Below, piece by piece: positions 9,850 through 20,100 of a stretch of 64,000 bases of DNA (its first letter is position 1; every line of letters starts with the position of its first letter). The notes beneath the pieces were generated by a model. That model was not told the origin of the DNA. It searched no databases and saw only the letters and a list, made by a program, of their open reading frames with translations. Origin of the DNA: Sphingomicrobium sp. (lineage in GTDB: Bacteria; Pseudomonadota; Alphaproteobacteria; Sphingomonadales; Sphingomonadaceae). Where the stretch lies: positions 7,905 to 71,904 of the forward strand of contig DASUZY010000052.1 of assembly GCA_036376635.1 (NCBI GenBank), read 5' to 3'. A program made the position numbers and the translations under genes.

Positions 9850-11652
9850 TTAGGGACGAAAGAGCGGCGCGTCGGGGTAGGAGTCCACGACGTCGCCCAA
9901 CGCGCGACGCAATGGCCCGAGCCACTGCTCGAAGTTCCGCCAATGATCGAGCCCAGCAAGGTTCATAGGGCGTCGAACTTGCTCGGAGCTAGGCGTCTTC
10001 ACTGCACGCTTGGTTTCGTGAAACCGAAGACAAGCTTCCTCGAACGGAAGCTCAAGATAGTCGAGGAGACTTCTAATCTCCTGCTCCGGTTCCCGGACCA
10101 GCTCCTCGTGAATGACACGGTGGACGCGACCGGGGAGCATCCGGTCCATGTGCTCCATCAGACGCACGTAGTCGCCGTAGTAACGCCCGAACCATTCGAG
10201 ATCGTAGCTGAAGGCCTGTCCGAAAACGAAATGCTGTTTGAAGTTCGAGAACCCGCAAGCCATCGGGTGCCGCCGCGCGTCAATGATCTTGGCGTTGGGC
10301 AGCATCAGGTGGATCAGTGGCGCCATCAGCCAATTGTTCGGCATCTTGTCGATGAAGCGCGGCTTGCCTTCGATGCGGAATGACTTCGTCTCATCGAGAT
10401 ATTGGGCCCCCATCGCCGCGAATTGTTCAGCGGGGAATGAGGCCAGTAGCTCCAGGAAATTTCGCTCCGCCCGCCCGGCATCACGAGCGACGGCCGACAG
10501 GTTGAGCAGTTCCATCGTCCCTTCGATTGCCGAATGACTCGCCAGGATTTGTTCGACCAACGTCGAACCGGCCCGTGGCATACCAAGCACGAAGACTGGT
10601 TCGCTGGATGGGTCGCCCCAACCTTCCCGCTCGCGGAAGAACTGCCCATCGAACATTGCGCAGAGTTCGTCGACTTCGGTCGTCACGTCGGCAGGATCAT
10701 AATCCAACGACTGCCTTCGGAGCGCATTTCCAGCTTCATAGTGCCGGAAGGCGGGCTCAAACTCGCCCGCATCTTCAAGCGCCTTGCCGAGCGCGAAATG
10801 CAGGTGGAAGCGGTTCTCAACCGAAACGTCGGGGTCACGTACCGCTGCTTCCATCTGGCGCAGGTCCTCGTCGGAAAAATCCGCAACCTTAAGGTTCGAT
10901 AAGTTCCACCATGCCGAGCCAGAAGCTGGTGCGATTTCGATCGCCGTGCGCATTGCCCGGCGACCTTCCTCGGAGCGCCCCACGGTCTTCAGCACATGTC
11001 CGTAGTTCGACCACAGCGTCGCATCGCGCGGCGCTTCCTGCAGGAGCTTCTCGTAAAGCGCGATCGATTCATTGTAGCGCGCGCCGCGGCTTAGCGCCTG
11101 GGCTTTGATTGACTGAGCCGCTCGGTTGGCCGGTTCCCTCTCGAGGATCCTATCGAGTTCCGCGATCGCTTCCAGCGGCCGATTTTGACGCTGTAGCTCC
11201 GAAGCGAGATCGAGTCGCCCGCCGTTGAACTGCGGTTGGAACTCCAGCGCAAGCCGAAGGAGCTGCTCGCATGCGTCATAGTAAGCGAGATCCCTAAGCA
11301 GTCTCGCCATCAATATAAGCGCATTCACGTCGGTCGGCCGCTGGATCAGCCTCTCGCGCAGAATTTTCTCGGCGGTTTCCAGGTCTCCGGCAGCAAGAGC
11401 GTCGGAGGCACGCATCAGCGGATGGTCGAAAGCTTGGACCGTGGTGCGCAGCTGCCCACCTGTCGCCGAATCCCTCTCCAACTGACCAAGCGCCTTCGCC
11501 AGTGTGCGATAGGCCGGGATGTTGAGGGGTTCGTCGGCGATTAGCAGCCGCAGCTCGTGGACAGCCGTCGTCGCGTCCGACCTTGCTTTCAGCTCAAGCT
11601 CGACCAGGCGCGGATCTTGCCGTGATTCTGTCATCTTCGTTTCAGCAGCCAA
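9850..11652 (-). CDS. TPR-repeat sulfotransferase family protein
   Basis: N-terminal TPR-like helical repeats; 5'-PSB motif GMPRAGSTLVEQIL; FIDKMPNN; RHPMACGFS (3'-PB region); VKTPSSEQVR. Confidence 0.92.
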   Translation of the reverse strand: MAAETKMTESRQDPRLVELELKARSDATTAVHELRLLIADEPLNIPAYRTLAKALGQLERDSATGGQLRTTVQAFDHPLMRASDALAAGDLETAEKILRERLIQRPTDVNALILMARLLRDLAYYDACEQLLRLALEFQPQFNGGRLDLASELQRQNRPLEAIAELDRILEREPANRAAQSIKAQALSRGARYNESIALYEKLLQEAPRDATLWSNYGHVLKTVGRSEEGRRAMRTAIEIAPASGSAWWNLSNLKVADFSDEDLRQMEAAVRDPDVSVENRFHLHFALGKALEDAGEFEPAFRHYEAGNALRRQSLDYDPADVTTEVDELCAMFDGQFFREREGWGDPSSEPVFVLGMPRAGSTLVEQILASHSAIEGTMELLNLSAVARDAGRAERNFLELLASFPAEQFAAMGAQYLDETKSFRIEGKPRFIDKMPNNWLMAPLIHLMLPNAKIIDARRHPMACGFSNFKQHFVFGQAFSYDLEWFGRYYGDYVRLMEHMDRMLPGRVHRVIHEELVREPEQEIRSLLDYLELPFEEACLRFHETKRAVKTPSSEQVRRPMNLAGLDHWRNFEQWLGPLRRALGDVVDSYPDAPLFRP

Positions 11653-11655
11653 AGA

Positions 11656-12396
11656 TCAGGGGCGATTGCCGATCGGGCCGGGTCGAGGGTCGGCCCGGAA
11701 CCAGCCGGTAACAGCCAAGCGCTCCGCGTTGACATAAGTCGATACCATCGAAACCGAATGAAGCTGCGGGATGGTGAAGATGTTCAGCGTATTGAACGTC
11801 GGCTTGAACGCCTCCTCGACGTTACCCTCTTTATCGAAGAACTGGAGAAATCCGCCCCAATCCTTGTCCCATACCGGCGACAAGTTCATCACATACGCTG
11901 CTCGCCGCCCCTCCCCACTATGTTCGTCGGTATGGGCCTTCAGGAAGTGCCCAGGCTTGTACCACGTCGCCTGAGCATCAGCCCATTTGATGTCATGGAG
12001 GCCAGTCACCTTGCGGATGAAATCAAGCACAGGCTCGCTGTTGATGAACTCGTAGAAGTCGAACACCGCGAAGCGCGGCGCGTCAGGTGAAAAGTAGGCG
12101 TTGAGGATCGGAAAGAACGAATAAATGAACTGATATTGCGTCCGCGCGCGTTCGCGGATGCCGGTCATAATCTGTGCGGCTTCTGTCTGCCCGAGCTGTG
12201 CCAGGTGCTCGGCGCTCAGCTGAACGACCTTGTCTCCATCATTGAAGGCCATTGCCCAAGGCAGCTGGTGAAGATCGGCGTGCACCTCTTCAGATGAGCC
12301 TTGAGCGAGGAAATCGTGGATCTGCAGCCGAAGCTTCTTCCGGTAATCGGCCGCGAGCGCGTCGGCATTCAGCGCAGGGTTCAGCAAGACTGACAC
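11656..12396 (-). CDS. 2OG-Fe(II) oxygenase, prolyl-4-hydroxylase/EGL-9-like
   Basis: ATWYKPGHFLKAHTD (HxD), WDKDWGGFLQF, distal His in QLHSV, and 2OG-binding Arg in ERLAVTGWF. No signal peptide. Confidence 0.88.
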   Translation of the reverse strand: MSVLLNPALNADALAADYRKKLRLQIHDFLAQGSSEEVHADLHQLPWAMAFNDGDKVVQLSAEHLAQLGQTEAAQIMTGIRERARTQYQFIYSFFPILNAYFSPDAPRFAVFDFYEFINSEPVLDFIRKVTGLHDIKWADAQATWYKPGHFLKAHTDEHSGEGRRAAYVMNLSPVWDKDWGGFLQFFDKEGNVEEAFKPTFNTLNIFTIPQLHSVSMVSTYVNAERLAVTGWFRADPRPGPIGNRP

Positions 12397-12469
12397 GTTG
12401 ACACCAACCTCCGGACTCAGGAACGTGCGCTGCGCCGCAGCACGCGGCTTCTAATGTTCAGAAGCGCCG

Positions 12470-13498
12470 ATGTCTTTGAAGAATGATGCCGCCCCGCTGA
12501 TTGCCGATCCGCAATGGTTTCCCTCCCGCTGGAATCCTCAGGATGGCACCATCCAGTTCGTCCGGCTGACGCGTGCCGAACATGACTCGGTCACCTTTCT
12601 CGGCGACGAATATCTGGCACCGCTGAACGCGCCGTCGACGATGCTTGCATTATCGGACGTTGCCAGGGCTTTGCCCCCGTCGCTTCCCTCACCGCAATAT
12701 ATCTTCCACTCCGCGTTCTGCGGCTCCACGCTATTGTCCCGCGCACTCAACGTGCCCGGCAGCGCGATGTCGCTGAAGGAACCCCAAATCCTGAATACGG
12801 TGACGGAAGCTGCCCGCTCGAATGCCTTGTCTCGTGAGACACTGCAGACGATCGTCGGGCTATTGGCGCGGCCGTTCGGTCCCAACGAGCGGGTCGTCAT
12901 CAAGCCAAGCAATGTCGTGAACCTGCTCGCCACCGGACTGCTCGAAATCGATTCCGGGTCGAACGCCATTTTCCTGTATGCGCCCCTGAACGGGTTTCTG
13001 CAGTCGATCGCGGACAAGGGCCTCTGGGGCCGGATCTTCGCTCGGCAGCTATTCCGGACGCTTCAGTCGGATACTGGCCTGACGTTCGGCTATTCGGTCG
13101 AGGAGACGCTCGATCTGACTGACCTTCAGGCGGCGGGCCTTGCCTGGCTGATGCACCACGCGCAGGCGGCGGCGCTGATGACGCGTTTGCCGGGTCGCGT
13201 ACGAACGCTCAACAGCGAGACCTTCCTCGCCCGTCGATCCGAGACAATCCTGGCGTCTGCGGCCCATCTTCGACTGGCAATCAGCGAAGCCAAAGCCGCG
13301 GAAATTGTCGACGGTCTGGTGTTTGCAACCCACTCAAAGCAGCTTGGGCAGGACTTCAACGAAGCCAAACAGCAATCGAAGTCGCGCGGCGCAATTGTAG
13401 ATGAAGAGATTGTAATGGTGGCAACATGGACGTCCGAAATGGCCAACCGGAACGGCCTGCCAATGCAGCTCCCGGCAGAGTTCCAGCTTATCCCCTAA
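12470..13498 (+). CDS. Hypothetical protein with a sulfotransferase-like P-loop
   Basis: IFHSAFCGSTLLSRAL, SLKEP and VVIKPS resemble sulfotransferase-fold elements, but the PSB Arg/Lys is missing. Confidence 0.65.
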   Translation: MSLKNDAAPLIADPQWFPSRWNPQDGTIQFVRLTRAEHDSVTFLGDEYLAPLNAPSTMLALSDVARALPPSLPSPQYIFHSAFCGSTLLSRALNVPGSAMSLKEPQILNTVTEAARSNALSRETLQTIVGLLARPFGPNERVVIKPSNVVNLLATGLLEIDSGSNAIFLYAPLNGFLQSIADKGLWGRIFARQLFRTLQSDTGLTFGYSVEETLDLTDLQAAGLAWLMHHAQAAALMTRLPGRVRTLNSETFLARRSETILASAAHLRLAISEAKAAEIVDGLVFATHSKQLGQDFNEAKQQSKSRGAIVDEEIVMVATWTSEMANRNGLPMQLPAEFQLIP

Positions 13499-13610
13499 GT
13501 GACGAAAAACTCATCGTAAGTTGTTAGAAAACCTATCTTTCGTTATTGTTACGGAATTACAACGGGCGGCCGAAGAAGTCGCTTCTGGAACATTACACCC
13601 GTTGTCGTTG

Positions 13611-13676
13611 CCCCTCTTTCTCTGATTAGTCTGCTCCCCGACACGAGGCGCCCATTCGTGTCGGGAGAAGAAGGGG
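13611..13676 (+). promoter_or_regulatory. Structured 5' leader of TBDR2 that can occlude the RBS
   Basis: Perfect 10-bp stem 13637-13665. An outer pairing of cccctctttctc with gagaagaagggg (11/12 pairs counting one G-U) covers the SD. Confidence 0.45.
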
Positions 13677-13684
13677 GATTCAGA

Positions 13685-16600
13685 ATGCAGAACCGTATTG
13701 GCGCCGTGCTGCGCTGTGGCAGCGCGTTCACCGCTATAGCGATTGCCGCAATGATGCCGACCGCGGCATCTGCAGCAGCTGCGGCCGATGCCGCACCGCC
13801 GGCCGATGCAACTCAGGCGGCGGCGCAGGCGGCAGCAACAACGCCAACCGGCACCAATGGCAATGAAATTGTCATTACCGGAACGCGCATCGCCGGCATC
13901 ACCAACGCCAACAGCCCGAGCCCGGTCTCGGTTACGACTAGCGAGCAGATCCAGCTTACCAAGTCGACCAGCGTTGAAGATGTCCTTCAACGCATGACGG
14001 GCCCTGACGCCAACGGCATATCGAACACCTCGAACAATGGCGGCACCGGCGTTTCCAGCGTCAGTTTGCGCAATCTCGGGCCGGCGCGAACGCTGGTCCT
14101 GATCGACGGCACGCGCCTGATCCCGAGCGGCGCTAACCAGTCGATCGTCGACATCAACTCGATTCCCGTCGCGATGATCGAGCGGATCGAAGTCCTCCGA
14201 GACGGTGCATCGTCCGTCTACGGTGCGGACGCGATTGGCGGCGTGGTCAACATCATTACTAAGCAGCACGCCAGTGGCGTTCACATCGAGGGTGGCGCGG
14301 GCGCCAGCCAACACGGCGGAGGCAACACCTACAACATCGCGGGTACGATTGCGGCCAATAGCGATGTTGCCAACGTCATCGTCGGATTCAGCTGGGATCA
14401 CCGCAATGCGCTGAATGGCTATCAACGCGACTGGGCCAACGATCCACACATCGGCGATCCAAACTATGAGGGTGGGTCCACCTATCGTACCCAGCTCGAT
14501 ACGCTTCAGTCCGAAGCGCCCGTCACGCTGACTAACGCGACGGTCGTGAACGGCGTGCTTCAGCCCGCTGGAACGACCATCTCCGGCCTGCTGGCGATTA
14601 ACGGGCAATTCTATACTCGGAAGAATCCGGCGGTGGCTGGCCTGCTGCCCAACACGGTGTTTCTCCCGGGACTTGGCGTCGTCAAGCTCAACGCAAACGG
14701 CAGCGCGAACGACCCGTACAACACGTTGTCCGGTTCGCTCGACCGTAAGGAGATCAACGCCGGAGCGCACTACGACATCAACGATAGTGTGACGGTATTC
14801 GCCGACGGTTTCTTCTCTCACCGCACATCGCAGCAGCTTCTCCGCCCGGAACCGCTGCTCGGTGATACAATCGGCAACTCGGTCTATCCGGGCTTCGCGG
14901 TGGCAGCGAACGCTCCTGGGAACTCAACCGGGACAGGCTACTTCGCCTATCTAACGCCAGATCAGTTCGGACCGAGAACTTATGATCAGTCGTCGGATAC
15001 CTGGCGCATCAGGGCCGGTCTGCGCGGCGACCTGTTTGGCGACTTCAAATATGAAGTTGCCGGCGTAGAGCAGCAGAACGACCAGCTTGTGCTGGTTCAC
15101 AACACCGGAAACTTCCTCCACCTGGGCGAGATGACCGGTCAGTTCCCGTGCCTCGACGTGCCGGGCGGCTGTACGGGCGGCGTGCCAACGACTCAGCCGA
15201 ACTGGTTCAATGGGCCTGAGAATATCTTCACCCCTGATCAGCTCGACTACGCCAAGTTCACCATGCAGAGCAGCCAGCATGCCTATGAGCGGTATGTCTA
15301 CGGCAACCTCTCCGGCTCCCTGTTCAGGCTTCCTGGAGGTGATGCGAAGATCTCCGTCGGCGGCGAGTATCGGAAGGAGTTCCTGAGCTTCCTGCCCGAT
15401 CAGCTTGAAAGCGAAGGGTTCGCTCCGAACCAGATCCAGCCGACTGCCGGCGGATATAACGTCAAGGGTCTGTACGGCGAATTGTACTTGCCGCTCATCA
15501 GCGATCGGCCCTTCTTCAAGGCATTCGACATCACGCCCAGCGGCCGTATCGACAAGTACAGCACGTTCGGCACGGCGAAGACCTGGAAGGTCGGTGCGAA
15601 CTGGGCATTGTCGGACGACATCCGCTTCCGCGGTGCATACGCGACCGGCTTCCGTGCGCCTCAGGTCACCGAGTTGTTCGGGGGCCAGGGTCTGTCGGAT
15701 CTGGGCGCGAGCGGTGATCCCTGCGAAACCAACCTGGCGTTGGCACCGGGCAACAGTAACGTCGGCAAGGGCTTGTTGGGCGCTGGTTCGCAGTGTTCCA
15801 AGGCAGTTGCTGGTGGCGCGGCGGTGACGACGTTCACTGATCCGCTCGACCAGATTGCCGGCAGCCAGGTCCAGGTTCTAATCGGCGGCAACCCCGCGCT
15901 GCAGCCCGAAAAGTCGCGCGGCTGGACTGTCGGCGGCGTGTTGACGCCCAGGTTCATGCCGGGCTTCTCGTTCGAGGCCGATTTCTATCGGACGAAGATC
16001 CGGAACCAGATTCTGACCGGCGGCGTCGCTACTGCGGTTGGCGCGGACTACGTCCTCCTCGACTGCTACGGTCCGAACCAGAATCCGGTGTCTTGCGCAC
16101 AGATCCAGCGTTCGGCGAACGGTGCAATCCTGCAGATCGACAGCCTTAACGACAATATCGGCACTCAGACCGTCAAGGGCTATGATCTCGAGCTAACGTT
16201 CGACACCGGCCGGGCGCACTGGGCCATGCCGATCCCGGGCTCGATCCGCCTCGATGCGCAATTGTCGCGGCTGATCCAGAACGACATCGTGAACGCCGAT
16301 GGCAGCGTGACGAGCTATGCGGGCACCTTCAACGTCAACAACGAGACGGTCTATCCAAAGTGGAAAGGCCTTATCAACATCGACTACGCGAACCGCGGCT
16401 GGGGTCTGCACTGGGATGCCCAGTACAGCTCGAAGCTCGTCAATGTTGATGGCTCGACGCCGGTGTACGGCAACGAAGTCCACGATCGCTGGATCCATTC
16501 AGCCAGCGTTTGGGTCGGACTGCATGACTGGGCGGGTCTGTCGCGAGCCCGGCTGGTGCTTGGCGTAGATAATGTCTTCGACAAGAACCCGCCGTTCATC

Positions 16601-16876
16601 GGCACCGACTCAATCTGTAAGTGCAACTCGATCGCGGGTCCGTACGACTTCACCGGAAGGATGTTCTACTTCCGGTTCTCGGCCGACATCGATCGTCACC
16701 GGCCGGTTGCGCCGCCGCCTCCGCCGCCACCCCCGCCGCCTCCGCCGCCTCCAGCGACAGTGACGTGCGAGTCCGGCGCGGTGATCACGGCTCCGGGCAC
16801 CTGCCCAGCTCCGCCGCCGCCTCCGCCTCCGCCTCCGGCCCCGCCGCCGCCGGCTCCGGCGCCCGAGCGCGGCTAA
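13685..16876 (+). CDS. TonB-dependent receptor (TBDR2) with a C-terminal polyPro/C-x11-C/PERG tail
   Basis: ATG 13685 after aggggg SD; TonB box NEIVITGT; LRNLGPARTLVLIDG; YGADAIGGVVNII; last strand GRMFYFRFSADI followed by a ~60-aa tail. Confidence 0.95.
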   Translation: MQNRIGAVLRCGSAFTAIAIAAMMPTAASAAAAADAAPPADATQAAAQAAATTPTGTNGNEIVITGTRIAGITNANSPSPVSVTTSEQIQLTKSTSVEDVLQRMTGPDANGISNTSNNGGTGVSSVSLRNLGPARTLVLIDGTRLIPSGANQSIVDINSIPVAMIERIEVLRDGASSVYGADAIGGVVNIITKQHASGVHIEGGAGASQHGGGNTYNIAGTIAANSDVANVIVGFSWDHRNALNGYQRDWANDPHIGDPNYEGGSTYRTQLDTLQSEAPVTLTNATVVNGVLQPAGTTISGLLAINGQFYTRKNPAVAGLLPNTVFLPGLGVVKLNANGSANDPYNTLSGSLDRKEINAGAHYDINDSVTVFADGFFSHRTSQQLLRPEPLLGDTIGNSVYPGFAVAANAPGNSTGTGYFAYLTPDQFGPRTYDQSSDTWRIRAGLRGDLFGDFKYEVAGVEQQNDQLVLVHNTGNFLHLGEMTGQFPCLDVPGGCTGGVPTTQPNWFNGPENIFTPDQLDYAKFTMQSSQHAYERYVYGNLSGSLFRLPGGDAKISVGGEYRKEFLSFLPDQLESEGFAPNQIQPTAGGYNVKGLYGELYLPLISDRPFFKAFDITPSGRIDKYSTFGTAKTWKVGANWALSDDIRFRGAYATGFRAPQVTELFGGQGLSDLGASGDPCETNLALAPGNSNVGKGLLGAGSQCSKAVAGGAAVTTFTDPLDQIAGSQVQVLIGGNPALQPEKSRGWTVGGVLTPRFMPGFSFEADFYRTKIRNQILTGGVATAVGADYVLLDCYGPNQNPVSCAQIQRSANGAILQIDSLNDNIGTQTVKGYDLELTFDTGRAHWAMPIPGSIRLDAQLSRLIQNDIVNADGSVTSYAGTFNVNNETVYPKWKGLINIDYANRGWGLHWDAQYSSKLVNVDGSTPVYGNEVHDRWIHSASVWVGLHDWAGLSRARLVLGVDNVFDKNPPFIGTDSICKCNSIAGPYDFTGRMFYFRFSADIDRHRPVAPPPPPPPPPPPPPPATVTCESGAVITAPGTCPAPPPPPPPPPAPPPPAPAPERG

Positions 16877-16898
16877 ACCTCGGAGCTGACCAACGAGA

Positions 16899-16928
16899 GG
16901 GGCGGTGCCTAGCACCGCCCCCTTTTTT
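16899..16928 (+). terminator. Intrinsic terminator of TBDR2
   Basis: ggggcggtgc-cta-gcaccgcccc followed by tttttt. Confidence 0.85.
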
Positions 16929-16951
16929 GCGCCCGAGCGAAGTGTCGGGTC

Positions 16952-16969
16952 TGTGACGCAATTGTCACA
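16952..16969. promoter_or_regulatory. Palindromic operator candidate TGTGAC-N6-GTCACA
   Basis: Perfect 6-bp arms between the TBDR2 terminator and the TBDR3 leader. Confidence 0.45.
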
Positions 16970-17102
16970 CCAGCATAACGAAAGATAACAGTCTTATCGG
17001 AGCGTGTTGCCTCCCACCCCCTTACTTTGGATAGGAGTCTGTTCGCGGGCCTCCGCGAATGGGGAGGGGTCGCGCCGGCTTGTCCGGCTGAAAGGGAGCG
17101 AC

Positions 17103-20100
17103 ATGACACTGACAAAATCGCGTATCGCCGCCGGTTGGCGGTGCGGAACCGCTGCGACGGCCATCGCCGTTGCCGCGATCGCCACGCCTGCTTTCGCGCA
17201 GGATCAAGGCGCCAGCAGCACTTCGACTGCGGCCAAGGACCAGAACCAGGGGACTGCAGCACCCCAGGTCGGAACGAATGCACCGGCTGTTCCTGTCTCG
17301 AACGTCAATCCAGGGGCGACGCCGAGCAACCAGGAAATCGTCATCACCGGCACGATGTTCCGGCGTACCAACACGGAGACGCCGTCTCCGGTGACCGTCC
17401 TCTCTTCTGAAACCCTGTCGAGGCGCGGCATCACCACTGTCGCGGACGCGGTTCGCTCGATCTCCGCTGACAATTCGGGCTCGGTTCCGACTGCCTTCTC
17501 CAACGGCTTTGGCAGCGGCGGCGCGGCCCCCTCTCTTCGCGGCCTGACGGTCAATTCGACGCTGGTGCTAATGGACGGCCAGCGCATCTCCATTTTCCCG
17601 CTCGCCGACGACGGCCAGCGCAACTTCGTCGACCTCAACACGCTCCCGCGCGTCGCGCTGGACCGTATCGAGGTGCTGAAGGACGGCGCATCGTCGACCT
17701 ACGGCGCAGACGCGATCGGCGGCGTGGTCAACCTCATCACGCGCAAGTCATTCAACGGTCTTGACGCCAACATTGAGGGCGGAATTACTCAGAAGGGCGA
17801 TGGCGCGCATTGGCGCGGTTCGTTCCTGGCCGGCACCGGCGATTACGACAATCGCGGGTTCAACATTTATGTTGGCGGCGAATATGAGCTGAACAAGGCG
17901 ATCTACACGGCGGATCGCGGATTCCCTTACAACACGGCGAACCTTTCGAACCTGCCGGGCGGACAGGACCTCAACTGGGGCACGTTCATCAATGGTTCGA
18001 GCTCACAGAGCCCGGTGTTCGTCACGGTTCCGGCTTCGCAATCCGATCTGACGGATCCGCGGACGGGGTCGATCATCTCCGGCGGCGCGTCAGTCATTCT
18101 CAACCCGTCCCAGTGCGGTGCGTTCAATGGATCGATCGTTCCGGGTACGAACGGCGGACAGACCTGCGAGATCAACCAGTATCTGATCAAGCCAGGCCTG
18201 ACGATCCAACCGAAGACCGTAAGGTACGGCGGCGTGGTTCGCGCGTCGGTTCGCGTTTCGGACAACAGCGAAGCCTATGTGATGGGCAGCTTCTATCGCA
18301 GCCAGGCGACAGTCTACCCGCTTGGCGCGCGCACTCGCTCGACCAACCCGATCAATACCACGAGCCTCGTTCTTCCGGCTTACCTAACAAACGGTTCGAT
18401 CGACCCCTACGATCCGTTCGCGTCGGCCGGGTGCGATGCGACCGACACGACGGCAGCCAACTACTGTCCGGCCGCGTTGCTTCGCTTCCGCTTTCCGAAC
18501 ATCGCACGTACGGCAACGGGAACCAGTAGCGTGTGGCGCATCGCGGCTGGCATCAACGGTGGGTTCGGCGATGCCTGGCACTACCAGGTGGATGCTACCG
18601 CATCGGCCAGCGACCTGCACCGCGTGTCGACCGGCAACATCTATTACCCGGCGCTCGCGAACGCGATCAACAACGGACTCTACAACTTCGCCGATCCGCT
18701 TGCGACACCGGCGAATGTCGTCAACGACATCCTGCGGACTGTCGACACCACGTCGCAGTCCCAGCTGTTCGGTGTGCAGGGCACCATCTCCCGGGCGCTG
18801 TTCCAGCTTCCGGGCGGACCGCTGCAACTCGGCGTGGGTGCTCAAATCCGCCACGAGGAGCTCGACAACCCGAACCAGAATCCGAACAACGACTTCATCG
18901 ACGTGAACCAGGTGTTCGCGAAGGGTCAGCGGACGGTCGAGGCCGGATATTTCGAAATCTCGGCGCCGATCGTGAAGCAGCTCGAGGTCGACGTTTCGGG
19001 CCGGTACGACCATTACTCGGCCGGATTCAGCGCGTTCTCGCCGAAGGCTGGGTTCAAGTTCACACCGATCCGCCAGCTGGCTTTCCGCGGAACATACTCC
19101 CGCGGTTTCCGCGCTCCTTCGTTCGCTGAGAGCGGCGGTGGTGTCATCGGCTTCACCACGGTTCGACCACCCTGCATCGTTCGAATCACGCACGGTGCGA
19201 CGGGCGATGCGGACAACTGCTCGGGCGGTGACAACTACGTCAATTCGCAGGCTCTCGGGTATAACTCCGCGGGTAACCCGAACCTGAAGCCCGAAAAGTC
19301 GCGTAACTTCACGCTTGGTGTCGTTGCCCAGCCGATTGCTCCGCTGAGCTTCACGTTGGACTATTACAACATCAAGAAGACCGACGTGATTACGCAAGGT
19401 CCGCTCGCCAATACGGCGATCGAGAACTTCTACGAAGGCTTGCCATTGCCGCCTGGTTATTCGGTTCAGACCTACCCGGCTGATCCGGATTTCCCGAACG
19501 GCATCCCGGTCGTGTCGATTGTGAACACGCCATATGTGAACGCGGCGTCGATCCAGACCTCGGGTCTCGACTTCTCGGCGCTGTTCCAGAAGCGGTTCTC
19601 ACCGTCTGTCCGGTTCTCGAGCACGCTCGAGGTCACCAAGATCCTGAAGTTCAACCTGACGCCGTGCGGCGGGTGCGCGGTTCAGCATTATGCAGGCACC
19701 TTGGGCCCGTACCAGCTGTCGTCGGGTGCCGGTACGCCGGACTGGCGCGGCAACTGGTCGAACAGCCTGGAGTTTGGCCGGGCTACGGTGACGGCGACCG
19801 CCAACTATATCGGCAGCTATTGGGACTACTCGGAGGACACGAGCGCTCTGCCGATTACCGACAAGTGCGTTGCGGCGGGCGATCTGTACGACTCGCACTT
19901 CTGCAAGACCAAGAAGTTCATCTGGGTTGACCTGGTCGGCAGCTTCAAGCTCAACGACAACGTCACGATTTACGGCAACGTGCTGAACCTGTTCAACGCG
20001 CATGCCCCGATCGAGCCGGCGAACTACGCCGGTGCGGCGGCCAACTACAACCCGACCTGGGACCAGGCGGGTGCAATTGGCCGGGCGTTCCGTTTGGGCG

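Noticed and set aside
12397-13684. Small RiPP-type precursor peptide for the hydroxylase/sulfotransferase cluster
   Set aside because: The intergenic gaps (73 and 186 nt) contain no ORF with an SD and plausible composition. A precursor encoded elsewhere in the genome cannot be excluded.
16712-16860. CCG-rich tracts as a microsatellite, phase-variation tract or CRISPR-like repeat
   Set aside because: Codons are mixed and in frame, and there is no repeat-spacer periodicity. This is protein-level polyproline. No CRISPR array was seen anywhere in the window.
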